From: Podarcis tiliguerta
Taxonomy: Eukaryota
NCBI GenBank assembly: GCA_965153285.1
Contig: OZ229115.1
Direction: 5' to 3' (one strand)
DNA length: 64,000 nucleotides
Part shown: positions 49,408-62,600 of the stretch, piece after piece
How positions within the stretch are numbered: the first letter of the stretch is position 1
Layout of the letters: every line of letters begins with the position of its first letter
The notes under the pieces: model-generated
Databases searched by the model: none
What the model was told of the DNA's origin: nothing
What the model saw: only the letters and a program-made list of their open reading frames with translations
Made by a program: the position numbers and the translations under genes

Positions 49408-49982
49408 CTGAAAGCAAGTGAACAGAGAAACGAATTAGGAAATCGCTGAGAAGTTATGACAATTTCTAGTAAAGCAGCTTTGTATTGGCTGCCACAAATA
49501 TGCAACCTAAACATCCCAGTAGCAGTGATGTACATCACTTCACTATATGTATGAAATTGGCATCAATTATCAGGCAAACCCATGTGCATCCTCTACTGCT
49601 GGGGTCCTCAACTTTGGGGGGGGGGGGGGCAATGGGCCTTGGCAAGTGCCAAGAGATGGGTTTTTAAAATAGTTTTTAATGCTGTAACCTGGGACTTTTG
49701 GGTGAAGGGAAGGAAATGAAATGAAATAAATAAATAGTCTGAGGACCTCACCCTACATGACTGTTTCTCTCTGCTTCTCTCTGAAAATAAGCCCAAATCT
49801 ATTGTTATTATGTTCCCTGACATTTTACAGATGGGCAATTCTCCTCTCCTGGGATAGACAAGTTAGTATTTCTGGTGCATGGAAAGTGACAAAAAAGTAC
49901 AGAGGGAAAAGGTTTAAATGAAGTGTGCAGGTTCATCCATATACCAACCTGTGGAAAAAACTAGCAAAGGATCACCACAGTA

Positions 49983-50136
49983 CAGTGGACGCTTGGGTTC
50001 CGAAAGTGATCCGTGCAAGAGGCACGTTCGCAACCCACAGTGCCGCGTCTGCGCCTGTTCCGGTACTTCCAGGTTCGGCATGGTGCACAACCCAAAAACA
50101 CGCAACCTGAAGTGTCTGTAGCCCAAGGTAGGCCTG
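49983..50136. mobile_element. Tigger/pogo-like MITE, short
   Basis: TA|CAGTGGACGCTTGGG...CCCAAGGTAGGCCTG|TA; similar to 41041-41280 in the opposite orientation. Confidence 0.7.
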
Positions 50137-53100
50137 TACTCAGGACTTCCCTACTCAAATAGACAAACCATATTGCCCCCAAGCATAAAACTTTGCAAAT
50201 ATTAAAGGTGTTTTGGTGTCCTGTTCTCTTCCACATGACATTTAAAATAATTGGTCCTCCTTCCCTCCCACACATACAAACAAACAAACAAACACACAGC
50301 ACCGCACAACAGATTATGTATTCTCTGCTTACTGTACAAGAAAAGTATTGTCTTTTTCTAGCCCACACAGATATACATGCAGCTAAAACAATTAATTTTT
50401 AATTTGGGGGAAAGACAAAATTTAGAGGGGTCTTTGGGCTGCAAAATAAAATAAAATAAAATAAAATCTTGGGTGTTCATATGTAACCTATGTGCTACAG
50501 GTTACCATCTTCTTATAGAAAAAGCAGAAAGGGCCACTAGTAAAACTGGCACAGAAGGAAAAATGTCTAGGCTGGGAACACTCCTAACTGGAAGTTAGCC
50601 CCTGAATCTAACCAATTATTTGATCAACTGCCTTTTACACGTTGGATACTCAATTTCAAGTTAACAAACAGTTCAGTGGAGATTTTGATTGGAACATTTT
50701 ATTCAAATTACCTAGAAATTCTACTCATTAAGCAACTTTCTAAATGCAAGCAGTTTTATTTCTCCTAATAATTGTTTCCTCCATAGCTGTTTGGAAAGCA
50801 TCTCAATTTACTGGATCAACAAGTGATGCAGTGACTATTTCCTAATGCCACTGAGGACCCGCTAAAGGGAAGGTCCTCAAAATATTCCCATCTAGACCTG
50901 GTTCACGTTATAGGCAAGCCAAGTTCTGTTTGCTTACAAAGCATGCCTACATAAGTTTCCTTAAGAATTTGGTTGGTAATTCCACCCTAAATGTCATAGA
51001 GTTATAATGTACAAGCAGTAGGAAAACAAAACAAATTTTGGAGAAACAAGTCATGGTTTGATGGACTGTGGGGAAACCTGTACTTAACTTGTTGTTTAAC
51101 AAACCATGGCTGAGCATTATGTGCATACAGGGTTTTTCTTAAAACCAGCAGCCATGATATTCAGAGGTGAAGTATGGGAATAGAGGACTTTGCATATTGT
51201 ACAGTTGTTCCTTCTGTTTTTCTAGAGTTGTTCTTTTCAGCTTCACCCTACTTTGTCCCAGTTCTAATCTCACAACAAAAAGCAGTAAACAAAAATGAAA
51301 TGTTTGTGACATTTGACTAGGCTTAAGGCTAAGGTCTGATAGTTACTGGACAGACTAAAATTGTTAAGTTTGCATCAATAGAAGACTAAATGCTTTCTTC
51401 ACAGATGGAATATAACACAAAGTAGATAACCTTTCTTGGCCTTAAGGCCACATTTAATCTTGGCTAACACATCAAGTGCTACATACCAGAGGCGGGTGAA
51501 AGTGGGTTTGGCCACTGTGAGAGCCTTGTGACTATGCATGATTTCAAAGCTGCAATTGTGATAGAGTAGCCTTTCAAACCACCATAATTCTATAGGCAAA
51601 AACAGACAAACTACTTTGGCTTAATAGACATCAGATTATCTTGGTTCACTGTAGCACAAAGTTATACAAACAGGTTCCATCAGGAAAGAAAACTAGATTA
51701 TAACAGTTACTAAAGATCTTTAAAGCAACTTGCTTCATTGAAAGCGATTATCTGGGAGCCTAACTGTAGAGCCAGCAATAAACTGTGTTTAATGGAAGTC
51801 TTGTAAACAAATTATTAGAGTAATCTCTTTAGACAGTTGTCTACATAAGCATAATGGAAAGTACAAGACCAATAAACAGCAAGGAGGAAGCGAATAGGAA
51901 AAGAATGTGAAAAAGAGAAAGGCTTGTGAAAATCTGAGATGTTTGGATTACAACTTGATGTGAAATACTTGACAGGAAATATAGTATATACAGTAAAGTT
52001 TACAACCAACTTTTTGTATTATGGGGTCAGTAGGCGCACACTCTTTATCCACATCATACATAGGGCTGAAAGTGTATTCTGCCATTCAAACCGAGGCCCC
52101 CACAACCGATCAGACTCCATAATAGAGTGTTGACATCATCTAGTAGTAATTTTGAGTTGGGCTAGACTGCTTGTACTACACTGCATACAAATATGTACAT
52201 TTACATGTTATATACACACAGAGGGGAATCACTCACTTAAAAGTGGAATGACTCACTTTGAAATCAATTTCTGCCCTTCATTTATTGTAGAAATCATTGC
52301 CATTTTTACCATACCTAGATTAAATTTGATACAACCACTTGAAGCAATAAGAGTACAGGTGGGGGTTAAATTCTGCTCCCTTTTATAATATCAAATACAA
52401 TGTAAAATGTGGAGAAAATGACCACCACCCCTCACAGGTCTCAGTGAATCCTGTTTCCCTGAACAAAAAGTAAAACGTGTCCTTCTCTTGACCTATATTC
52501 CAAAGTGCAATAGAAACAGGTAAGACACCCTGGAAACCTTTATTTCAACATTTTAAAATAAATAAAAATGAAGCACATAGAGATGCACAAATATGCAATT
52601 TATGCATTCTGTACAGACAGCACAATCAAATGATTGTATAATAAATGGGGAAATGGAAAGTAAAAGAAAGTTAAGTAAGCTGAAAATTATTGTAAAGACT
52701 CGGGTGTGGGGGGGGGGGCATATGAAGAAAATGCTACCAGTGAACACTTTTGAGAAAACCTTTTTGCAATTCCAAGCAAAGACCCCAAGCACTTCCTTCT
52801 TCCAGCTCTTTCTTATAATTGTTTTACTGGCCCAGTGCCCTATTAGGTATTAGAAACACTCATAGAATATTTTGAGAGTATTCTGGCACCTGTCATTAGA
52901 AAGTCTACGAAGGGAAACCATTTATGCTTATTTACAAAGATAAAAATCACTCTTGAGATCTAGAGACTTTGAACTCAGATTGGATTCAAAGGTATTCTGT
53001 AAAATGGGGAGAAAGATTAATGGAATTATGTGAACAAAATTGGACTGAAGCTATGGGTTTGTAGGCGGCAACATTGCCCTCAAAGAGTTTATTTCATTTT

Positions 53101-56100
53101 ATTGTAGTTTAATGTAGAAAATAAGCTGAGCACCTATTCCCACAGAATTACACACTACACTGTACTTCACCACCTTGTAATTTCATAATTATCTCTCCAG
53201 AACAAAGAGTCAATTTTGCTAGTGTATTCTGGAAGCATTTGACCTTCTGTAATTTCACTTCATTGTTTCAAGGTTCCAAACTCCTGGCCGCCAGCACTAT
53301 CTGGGGACACACTTCATTTCCTCTAAATGTCAGCCACACATTTGCAAGAGTTTTAATCTGAAATATAAAGGCAGGAATTGCTGCTATTATGGTAGTTGTC
53401 ATATGCATGATCTCCATGTTAAAACTACTGAATCACCTCTCAAGGCAATCTGTAATACAACTGTTCTTTTAGTAATCTTTGACATCCCTCCCCAGACAGA
53501 AACTAGTGGCTTGGGAATCCCATCAATGGAATATCCAAGGGCTGCAGTATCCAAAGCCACAAAAGTGCCATTTCCTAATCCTTGTAAGCATTCAAATGTT
53601 AATAATTGTAATAAGTGTGAAGATTTTTTCACACAGGCACAGTTCAGATGCCAACAGGCCTGGTGCCTGAATTCCAACAGATTGACCTCACCCCAAAGGT
53701 GCACTCCTCCATTGTCTCCCAAGACAGATGGATGGCAACAATGAAGTTTAGATGCCACACTGGTTGCAAAACCATAGCTGAATGATCACTAGTGGATCAA
53801 AGGCTCACACACTTACCCCCTCCCTTGAAGCTCTGCCCATGCAAAGTTCATCATCCTTTCTTGTATTAATTATGCTTTAGAGCTACACTTGAACTGGCAT
53901 AAATATAAGTTACCATAGCCTTTAAACCAGAGACTGAAAGCACTCTCGGAAATTTTAAACAAATCTCTGGTTTAAAGGATAAGTATGGTTACACCAGTTC
54001 AGAAATAACTCTGAACACAAGGGAGAGGACTAAGGAATTAATACAGGGAGAATTTGGGAAGGAGTGAAGAGCATGGGACTGTAGGGTTCTTATTAGTTCT
54101 GCCTTTACTACTGAATAGTTCCTAGATCCCACAGCCACCACTGTCACTACTCTGCCATATTACTGATTCAGAGGAGGTCATTCACTCCAAGGAATACTGG
54201 TTATGGGAGCAATCAAAAGGAACTGGTAAAAGTAAAAGTATATTACTTTCCCCAATTATCATCTGCATGTTCTCATTCATAACATGACAAAGGACAACAA
54301 TGGTAGTGCTGAACAATTTAAAACAGACAAGGATGGCTTTGGGAATGTGTCAAATTATATTAACAACCTGCATGCTCCCATGATCTGTCACCCCCCACTC
54401 CGCAAAAAAAACCATACACCCAGAAACATGCAATCAGAAAATTCAGGGAAGAAGATATATGCTAAATATGTTCCATCAAGCCCTTCATATGAAGATCAAT
54501 GATTTTATCAAAGCATTTTAAAAATAATAACAGGGGGCTTAGATAGGAATTCTGAATTAAAATCTGCCGTAGACTAAATTACTCAGTTCAGATGATCTTT
54601 CTAAACAATTGAGAATGTGCCAGAGACTCTTTTATTCCCTCTTCTATTCTTACACCTTTATTTTCTGTTCAGTGTTCAGAATAGTTTGCTGCAACGACTT
54701 GGCAACCCTAATCACTTTCTTAAACAGAATCAGAAAAAAACTAATTCTAATTCATGTTTGTTTGGTTTTTTTGCAGGGGATGGGGAGAAGTACTAATCAT
54801 AGTTTGCTAATTTGGACACCATGACAAACTAGAAGTAAGAGGCTGGTAGCAGGTGTTTCCATGATAGATTCCCCTCCTCCACAGTCAGGATGGAAAACAG
54901 GCTACAAGCTAAGCATTTGGTTTTTTACTCACCTACCATGCTCCTAATTTATTCTCTCTCAAACTTACTTGCCTTCCTATAAAGTGCAAATAACAGCAAC
55001 TAGCTCAAGATGAGGCACTGCAATTAATTTGAAATCATCACATCAATGTTCTCTTTAGAAAGTATTCAAAGTGCAATTTGAACGTAAAATAAAAGCAAAT
55101 TCCCAGAGGTATTGTGGCTTAGGAAATGTAAGATTGCAGTGACGTTTGTAAACCCAACAGGGATAAGACGTAGAAAAATGGGAAGAGCTATCAATGACGA
55201 CACTGAAGAAGTCTTGACCTTTGTTGAAAGACTTGTACAGAGAGAACAGTAGCCAAACCCAATTGGATGTATTTTTAAACAAATTTTGCTGGATTCCAAA
55301 AAAAATATATGGAAATCAATGGGATTGCCCTCATTTACTTGTGAGGCTAAGGAAGGCACATATGGGTTTGCCAATCTCCCTCCCTCGTGCCTTAAGAGGA
55401 TGTGGTGGAAGATGTCAGTTCTATATTGATTTTTCCCATTATCTTGTAGCACTGCCATGGATTTCTCACAACGTAGAAAAGACAACCCTTTGACAGAGAA
55501 GCACTAAAACATACAGCAAGAGATGTTCTGCACCCAGCTTATTGTGCTAATATAGATGTACTTCTCATAGAATACCAAAGTTCTATACTATAGGCTAGAA
55601 ATATTTTTAAGCTAGTTTCTGCAACCTGCCACTGCAATACTATACAAAAACCCTGTAATCTATCCTCCAAGTTCTCATAGCTTACATAAACTACAAGTGT
55701 GTAATGCAACTATTCACAAAAGAGTTTTCTGTTTGAATTGCAAGACTTTCGACATGGCTCTTTTATTAAAAAAAAAAAATTCTAATAATTTCACTGATAA
55801 AAGTAGGCAAGATTATTTACACACATATTACAACCATCACTGAATGGTAGAAGAGTCCCTGGAGCAAGCCTACACATATTTCACATACTTTTCCCATGCC
55901 TTGAGTCCTGTCAGGAGAAAAGGTGGGGTATAAATAAATAAAATAATAATACTTCAGCTAAATGAAGGTAATTGACAACTGTCATACAAAACAGTGGTGC
56001 CAGTACTGAACTTGGCAAATGCTTTCATTCCCTGGTAGTGCAGCACAAATTGTTTTGTGAGGCACTGCTACTGCTGCAGATTACTGGCAAGTATCTTCTT

Positions 56101-56447
56101 AATGTACTCAGGAGCTGCCTGGCAACTTGTGTTTCTCCACAGAGGCCTTGTTGTGGGCTTCTTCTCCCCAATCAGGAATTCCAATGAGACCAATATGATA
56201 TTGCAAAACCTACTGAATACAGAGCAACAGCCAATTTTAATGGGACCCAACGCTCAGGTGTCATTAATACTTGCTAATAATTCTCCCGGAGAGGACTGTA
56301 TGTTGGAACTGGCTTTATTTAACAACACAGATTTAAGAGTGCTTTGAGCACTTAGAATGAGTGCTATATAAATACTACATTCTTATTGTCTATAATCACC
56401 CTTCAACCTTCTATTCTTGAAGGCCTCAGCAGGTAATTAAGTAAGTA

Positions 56448-56448
<1 letters not shown>

Positions 56449-56493
<45 letters not shown>
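56449..56493. repeat. (AAT)n microsatellite
   Basis: Direct reading. Confidence 0.95.
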
Positions 56494-56496
<3 letters not shown>

Positions 56497-56519
56497 TATT
56501 TATACCCCACCCATATATC

Positions 56520-56770
56520 TGGATGTTAAGGAGGAGGAAGTACCACAGACCTTTCCTCTGAAGAAAGACGTTTGTAGGCTGGAAGTACACTTGGAGACCA
56601 ACTTATCACTGGAGTCTTAAGTGGCTTCTGTAGCTAGGAGTGTTTATGCCCAGCTCAAGCTCTGTCACCAGCTGTAATTGTTCCTAGATTGGAATAGCCT
56701 TACCTGAGTTGTCCATGCTCCTGTATAATGTAAAACACTATTATGTGGGGCTGCCCTTGAAGACAGTACC
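56520..56770 (+). mobile_element. Decayed L2 LINE ORF2 fragment
   Basis: Encodes remnants such as ASVARSVYAQL and YYVGLPLKT, resembling the L2 ORF2 C-terminal region. Confidence 0.5.
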
Positions 56771-57183
56771 AAGTACTGAAAAGAACAACCCCCCCAATAT
56801 CAACCATCTCAGATCTTATAATTGGCAAGTGAGGCCCTGTTGGTGCCACCATCACTGGATCAGAAGCCCATCTAGTTCAACAACCTGTTCTCACACTGGC
56901 TAACCAGATGCCTTTAAGAATCCTACAAGCAAGACGAAGTGCAACAACCCTCCTTCTGCTTATGATTCCCAATAACTGTATGCAGAGGCTTACTGTCTCT
57001 TATAGGGAAAGTAGCCATTTAAGAAAGTGTCATTAAAGACCAGCTACAATTGAATTATTTTTAATAAGCACTGCTGCACCCTAGTGGAGCAGCTGGTTAT
57101 CGTCAACAGAGATTTATGTGTGGGGAGGGGACAGATGGACTCTACACTAGTGAACGTATGAACCTTTCCCATTTAATTTTAGT

Positions 57184-57273
57184 GAAGAAGAAGAGTTTGG
57201 ATTTGATATCCCGCCTTTCACTCCCCTTCAGGAGTCTCAAAGCGGCTAACATTCTCCTTTCCCTTCCTCCCCT
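57184..57273 (-). mobile_element. Squam3-type SINE 3' fragment
   Basis: Matches the 3' ~90 nt of 2664-2913, including the CTT tail. Confidence 0.85.
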
Positions 57274-58124
57274 GCTGTGAAAGCAACAGCCCTATTTTCT
57301 GGCTTACAGAAAGGGAGGAGGTAAATATTCTGAGGTCTAGAATACTTTTTGATTAGAAAACAGGAACCCAAATAATTTGGAGAAATAGATTCAATTTCCG
57401 AGGCTACTAACATCTTAAGCAGGTGCTGCCCAGCATTACAGTGCAATTATTTAGCAATCTAAGAAAAGCAATTTAATCATGTCAGTTGCATCACTGCCTG
57501 AATCAGCTATACTCTGGGAAGAAAGAGGCAGAGGAAGTAAAATAATGATTTTCACTAAAGTAGACCTCACTTCACACTAGAATCTATATTGCATCTTAAG
57601 TGTAAATAAAGGGCAAGCAGATGTTCAAACATCAAACAGAAATTTATGTCAGAAAGGATCATTCCAATATCACAAATCTCAAGGAAGATATTGCATTACA
57701 GTTATGGTTTGTACTTTTTAACCCTCAGAAAACCCGAGGGAGTTCAAACTTGAAACTCCAAATAGAGTTCAAAACATGCACACCAGCTTTCATCCAGATA
57801 ACTGTCTTCAAGACAGACTCAAAACAGGTGTAGAGACCAAGGTAGTATCCAAACTTCAAATGCAGAAACAAACTAGAATACTTCTGTTATGGGACAGCTA
57901 TATAAATTAAGTAGGTAACTAAATATGGTGAAAGCAAAATGTCACTTTAGAGAAGAATCTAAATATTGCCCTTGAAGCTTAAATTTGTTTTACTCTGAAT
58001 TGTTTTATTTGATGTTTTAATGTGTTGTAAATCGCTTTGATTTTTCTTTAACATATAAAGTGGTACAGCAATGAAATTAATAACAATAACATTTAGATTT
58101 CCAGTCCAAATGGACTGCTGAGCA

Positions 58125-58468
58125 ATTAAAGCCCTAAATGGCCTCAGTCCTGTATACCTGAAGGAGTGTCTCCACCCCCACTGTTCAGCCACTGAGGTCC
58201 AGCACCGAGGGCCTTCTGGCGGTTCCCTCATTGCGAGAAGTGAGGTTACAGGGAACCAGACAGAGGGGCTTCTCAGTAGTGGCGCCCAACCTGTGGAATG
58301 CCCTCCCATCAGATGTCAAGGAAATAAGCAGCTATCTTCTCTTTAAAAGACATCTGAAGGCAGCCCTGTTTAGGGAAGTTTTTAATATTTAATGCTGTAT
58401 TGTTTTTAACACTTGATTGGGAGCCGCCTAGAGTGGCTGGGGAAACCCAACCAGACGGGCGGGATAAT

Positions 58469-58521
<53 letters not shown>
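58125..58521 (+). mobile_element. L2 LINE 3' end with (TAA)n tail
   Basis: Encodes remnants KALNGLSPVYLKE, FSVVAPNLWNALP and FKRHLKAALF; ends ccagacgggcgggata followed by a TAA microsatellite. Confidence 0.8.
58470..58521. repeat. (TAA)n microsatellite, tail of the L2 element
   Basis: Direct reading; explains the poly-Tyr ORF 58469..58693. Confidence 0.95.
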
Positions 58522-58522
<1 letters not shown>

Positions 58523-59542
58523 GTGACTGGTGCTCACTTCAAATAATGGCTTGTGCTGGACTAGTTCTCTACTCACCTGTGAGGCTGAAGAGAACAACCG
58601 CAGGACCATAGAGACTGTGTAAAATGTGGTGGTGTATGTATGCACATGCCTAGACTTCTTCCACAAATAGTTCCTGCATTTGCAGTTGCACACTTAAGAT
58701 TACCAAACATGCCTCTCATTTGTTGCCAATAGGACTCTGAGTCAAACTAACACAAAACAAATTACAATGTATCTGCTTATTACCAAAACCTCAATATGTA
58801 TGCCTTTTTATTATTGAAGAAAGTTTAGTAACAAAAGGGAATGTCAACATTTTATTTCATTATTATTCCTATTACAGGGCTACACCAGGACCAAATTAGA
58901 TTTTTTAAAAGTGCACTGATAAAAATAATCCAATGTCAGTTACTCAACTAAGACTGTTACTTTATTCATTCTTGCCTGTAAGAAAGCCCCATTCCAAGTA
59001 AACATACAGAGGATTGGGCTGTGAATCCTACTCAGATATAAGAATAGCAAAGTCAGTGTCAGAAAAGGCTATATAAAATGAATATATATTCATTTTCATC
59101 ACTCACTTCTCTCTCAGTTTCTCTCTCTCTTGAAACCTCATAACTTGATGACTCTCAGTCAAACAAGTGAAGTCCTTTGATTACAGGTGTTAGCAGGTGA
59201 CATGCAAATACTATTTGCAGAATTTGATGCAAGATAGGCAGCCTGCACAGGTTGAGCTGTTACTTTAACTGCAGCCATCAAGCAATGAATTTTCTTTCAT
59301 CTGTGAATTGAACTCGTCTATGAGACAACTGAACAGGACAAGGTCACAAATCTGTGCAGGTAACTTGCAACTTACACACATTTAACTCGTACACATTCAG
59401 GTTTACACATTTGGCAAAAATTGTTTAAAAAATTAAAAAGGAGGCAGAAAGGGGGCATCCAGGGGAAAAACTTAGGCAATCTCACCCACCAATGAATCAA
59501 CTGTGTTTTGACTATACATGATTTTGGCTTTAGCGCTATCCC

Positions 59543-59698
59543 TGGAAACATCAGGAAGAACTTTCTGACAGTAAGAGCTGTCCAACAGAAGAACAGACTC
59601 CCATGTATATGATCTAGTTGATATTCCTGCATTGCAGGCAGTTGGACAAGATGACTCTCAGTGTCCCTTCCAACTCTGCAATTCTTTGATTCTATGAA
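59543..59698 (+). mobile_element. CR1 3' end fragment with internal deletion
   Basis: aacatcaggaagaactttctgacagtaagagctg...gtcccttccaactctgcaattctttgattctatga. Confidence 0.75.
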
Positions 59699-62600
59699 AT
59701 ATAAACCCAGCGTTAAGAGCCATACGCACCTGGTAAAAGCAATATTAGCAGCCAGTGGACCATCTGCATTTTTCCAACAAGCACAAGCTATTTCTCTTCC
59801 CCTTGTGCTGATTCCAATCTTCATCCTTCACTGTCAGCTCCTGCTCAAATGCTAACTCCTGTGTCAGATGCACTGGGACTTTGATTCAGGTTCAATACAC
59901 ACACACCAGAATGCATGCAGCCATTCTAACCAAGTTCTCTTGTGATGTTTTGTCTACAAGCTCTTAAAAGCCATGGTAAAGAAAGCTAGTAGTAGGAAGT
60001 GTTTTGCTGTCAGCAACAGTTTGTAGCAAGGTGGATTGTGATGCTGATCACACCATTTACTAGGAGCAATTTCAACAATCTACTTAAATCCTTTCACAGG
60101 CATTAGAAAGTGAAACCTTAATGGGCTTCTTAGCAGTTCTTTCCAGGGCCAAGATCAAGCACAAGACTAGCGCAGCTGAAAGAAAAATGCTCTGACATTA
60201 AACAAAGCAATAGTAATTGAGCTTTCTAAATAACACTAATGTGTTAGTCTCAGCTCAGTTCAACACGCAATCTTTACTGAATGCAAAACAATGCTTTCTT
60301 GCTTTCCCCTCCACATTTTAAGAAGTGGCCTTATTTTTTTAAATCTTCCTGGGAAGAGGAATCTTTCCTAATCTTTGAAAACCTTAAAATGGAAAGTTAG
60401 CTATGTTGGCCATTAAGAAAAAAAGTAACACATCCATGAGGACAACACCTTTATTAGATCTAACAAAATTCCACAAAATAGTGCACATACAAGTTTCAAG
60501 TTCCCAAACCCCTTTCATGAGGCGATATATGCTTTTACCCATCCTGGGAGGCCAGGGTGCCACCTGAAACCTGCAAAACACCTGAAGGGGCCCCTCCTCC
60601 AACATTCTGTCTTAAGGTTTTTAGGAGATGCAGGCACAGATGTCTCAAACAACCTTTTTTCCTCTGCTCTTTCCTTGCTCTTCTTTACCCAGAGCAGAAA
60701 AGGCAGTCTCTGCAAAGGAGAAAGAGGAGGACAGCAATGCCAATGCAGGGATGCAGCAGGCAGCTTCTGCTGTGGATACTTGGGACTCAAAGGAACCATG
60801 AATTATGGAACATATTTTCTTGATCCTACACAGTTCGTCATTAATCTGTTCTGCAAATTTCATGTTGTAACTACACTGATCATTGGGGGGGGGGGGGGAG
60901 AGAGAACCACATTCAATAGATTCATCAGTCAACAAATAAATCTATTGCACCCTATAGAAGCAACTTTACTATACAGAGGAATTTTTAAAGCAAACATTTC
61001 AATCTACACTGCATTGCTTCCGAGAGCAGGAAAAGACAACTGAGACCACTTCACAAGCAGTACGCCTCACACTGGTGATGATCCTGTTATCTGCTGGTTT
61101 CATGCAGTCTGTCCTTACAAATGGTTGCTGAGTTTTATAAAACACACAGAGGAATACACTGGATATACATAACTCAAAAAGCTTTTTGATTCATTGCTTT
61201 CTCCACAGGACACCAGCATTTGCTGGATACCAATAAGGACAGCTTGCTAGAGAATGAACACAGCTTAATAATATTATCAAGTATTTATATAGCACTTCTG
61301 AGTGTTCAAAAGCACATAATGTTATCTCAGTAATTGCTTTAAAAAACCTATAAACTACTCAAGTATTACTGTCCCCATACTACAGATGGCGAGGGTGGGA
61401 GGATACCAAGGCTGAGAGAGGAATTTGCCTAAGCCCATTTGAGCACCTAAATGCCACAAATGAAGGTAACAAAATTCCAAACATTTTCTTCCAAGGAAAA
61501 GCAGCTTCTTCAGAAACAGATGAGCAAGTGGGTTGAGAAAGGGGTAATAAGCAGGAAGGGAGGGCTCAATCCTTCCCTGTGCCACCCACCCAAGCATTCC
61601 AAGCATGCTTACGCGGTAAATGAATGCTTGGAACCAGTGCTTTCATTTTCCACAGAAAATTTCCCATTTTATAAGTTCACTAACCAGGTTCCACTTGTAA
61701 ATATGTATTAGTCAAACTTGGCCATTTCAAAGTTGTTAGCTTTGTTTACTAAATATAAGTAAATTAAACATGCTAATTAGTTCATTCTCTAGGACATCAG
61801 AAAACTTTCCAGTGCAAACTGATACCTTTCCAATTCAAATTACCCTGATTTACATAAGAATGTTTTTAAAGAAAATTCACATTACTGTCTCAAACTCCCT
61901 GGAAGAAGAAGCAACCTGTGAGGAAAGGCTTACATTGGGAAAGTGAATCAGGGAAAGTGTTGAGCCACTTCTCCATTTCAGACAGCCAACCAGCTGAAGC
62001 CGTTTCCCCCCACTTCAACAATAGAGCCAATAGGCCTCTGATACACACATTTGTTTCCACAATGTAAGTTTGGGCATTGGTGAGTTTATAAGGTGAGCTT
62101 CACAGCAAAGTCTATCATTATTACTTTACACTAGCTCTTACCAATACAGATTTGGAAGCAGAGGGGCAGAGTTATTATTCACTCTGCTCTAGTCCTATGC
62201 CACTCTACTCAACTTTTGTGGGGTTGGCTAAATTAGAAACGAAGCCTGCTGGGAGAGTTGGCTCTCACATGTTCTGTAGATCACAAATAAGTATCGTAAA
62301 ACTCAAACAAATTGGCAAGGACCACTGCAATAAATGGAGCAGCAGTTTCTCTAAGTACAGCACTGTTATACCTCCCCTTCAAGAGGGGCAGACTTTTTAG
62401 TTCTCCAGCACTGTGAGTTAAGGCACTTAATGTTTGAAAGCTACACACTTCGTTATGGCATAAAGAGATGCCTTTGTGTGTATTAAGTAAATCCTTATGT
62501 TTTAAGCTTTCTTGGAAATACATGCAACAATGGCGTGATTTATTGCATAAAAAGATTGTAACACTGGGTTTTTAAAAAGATAACCAATTATTTTTAAATA

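Noticed and set aside
55202-55238. CTGAAGA...GAAA hammerhead-like spacing on the plus strand
   Set aside because: Stems II and III do not form properly; an alternative simple hairpin (AAGTCTT/AAGACTT) explains the pattern.
53399-61043. Longer ORFs in intron 2 (53399-53758, 53403-53744, 55066-55485, 59372-59824, 60675-61043)
   Set aside because: No recognisable domains, Cys/Phe/Leu-rich random composition, often non-ATG starts or overlap with CR1/L2 remnants.
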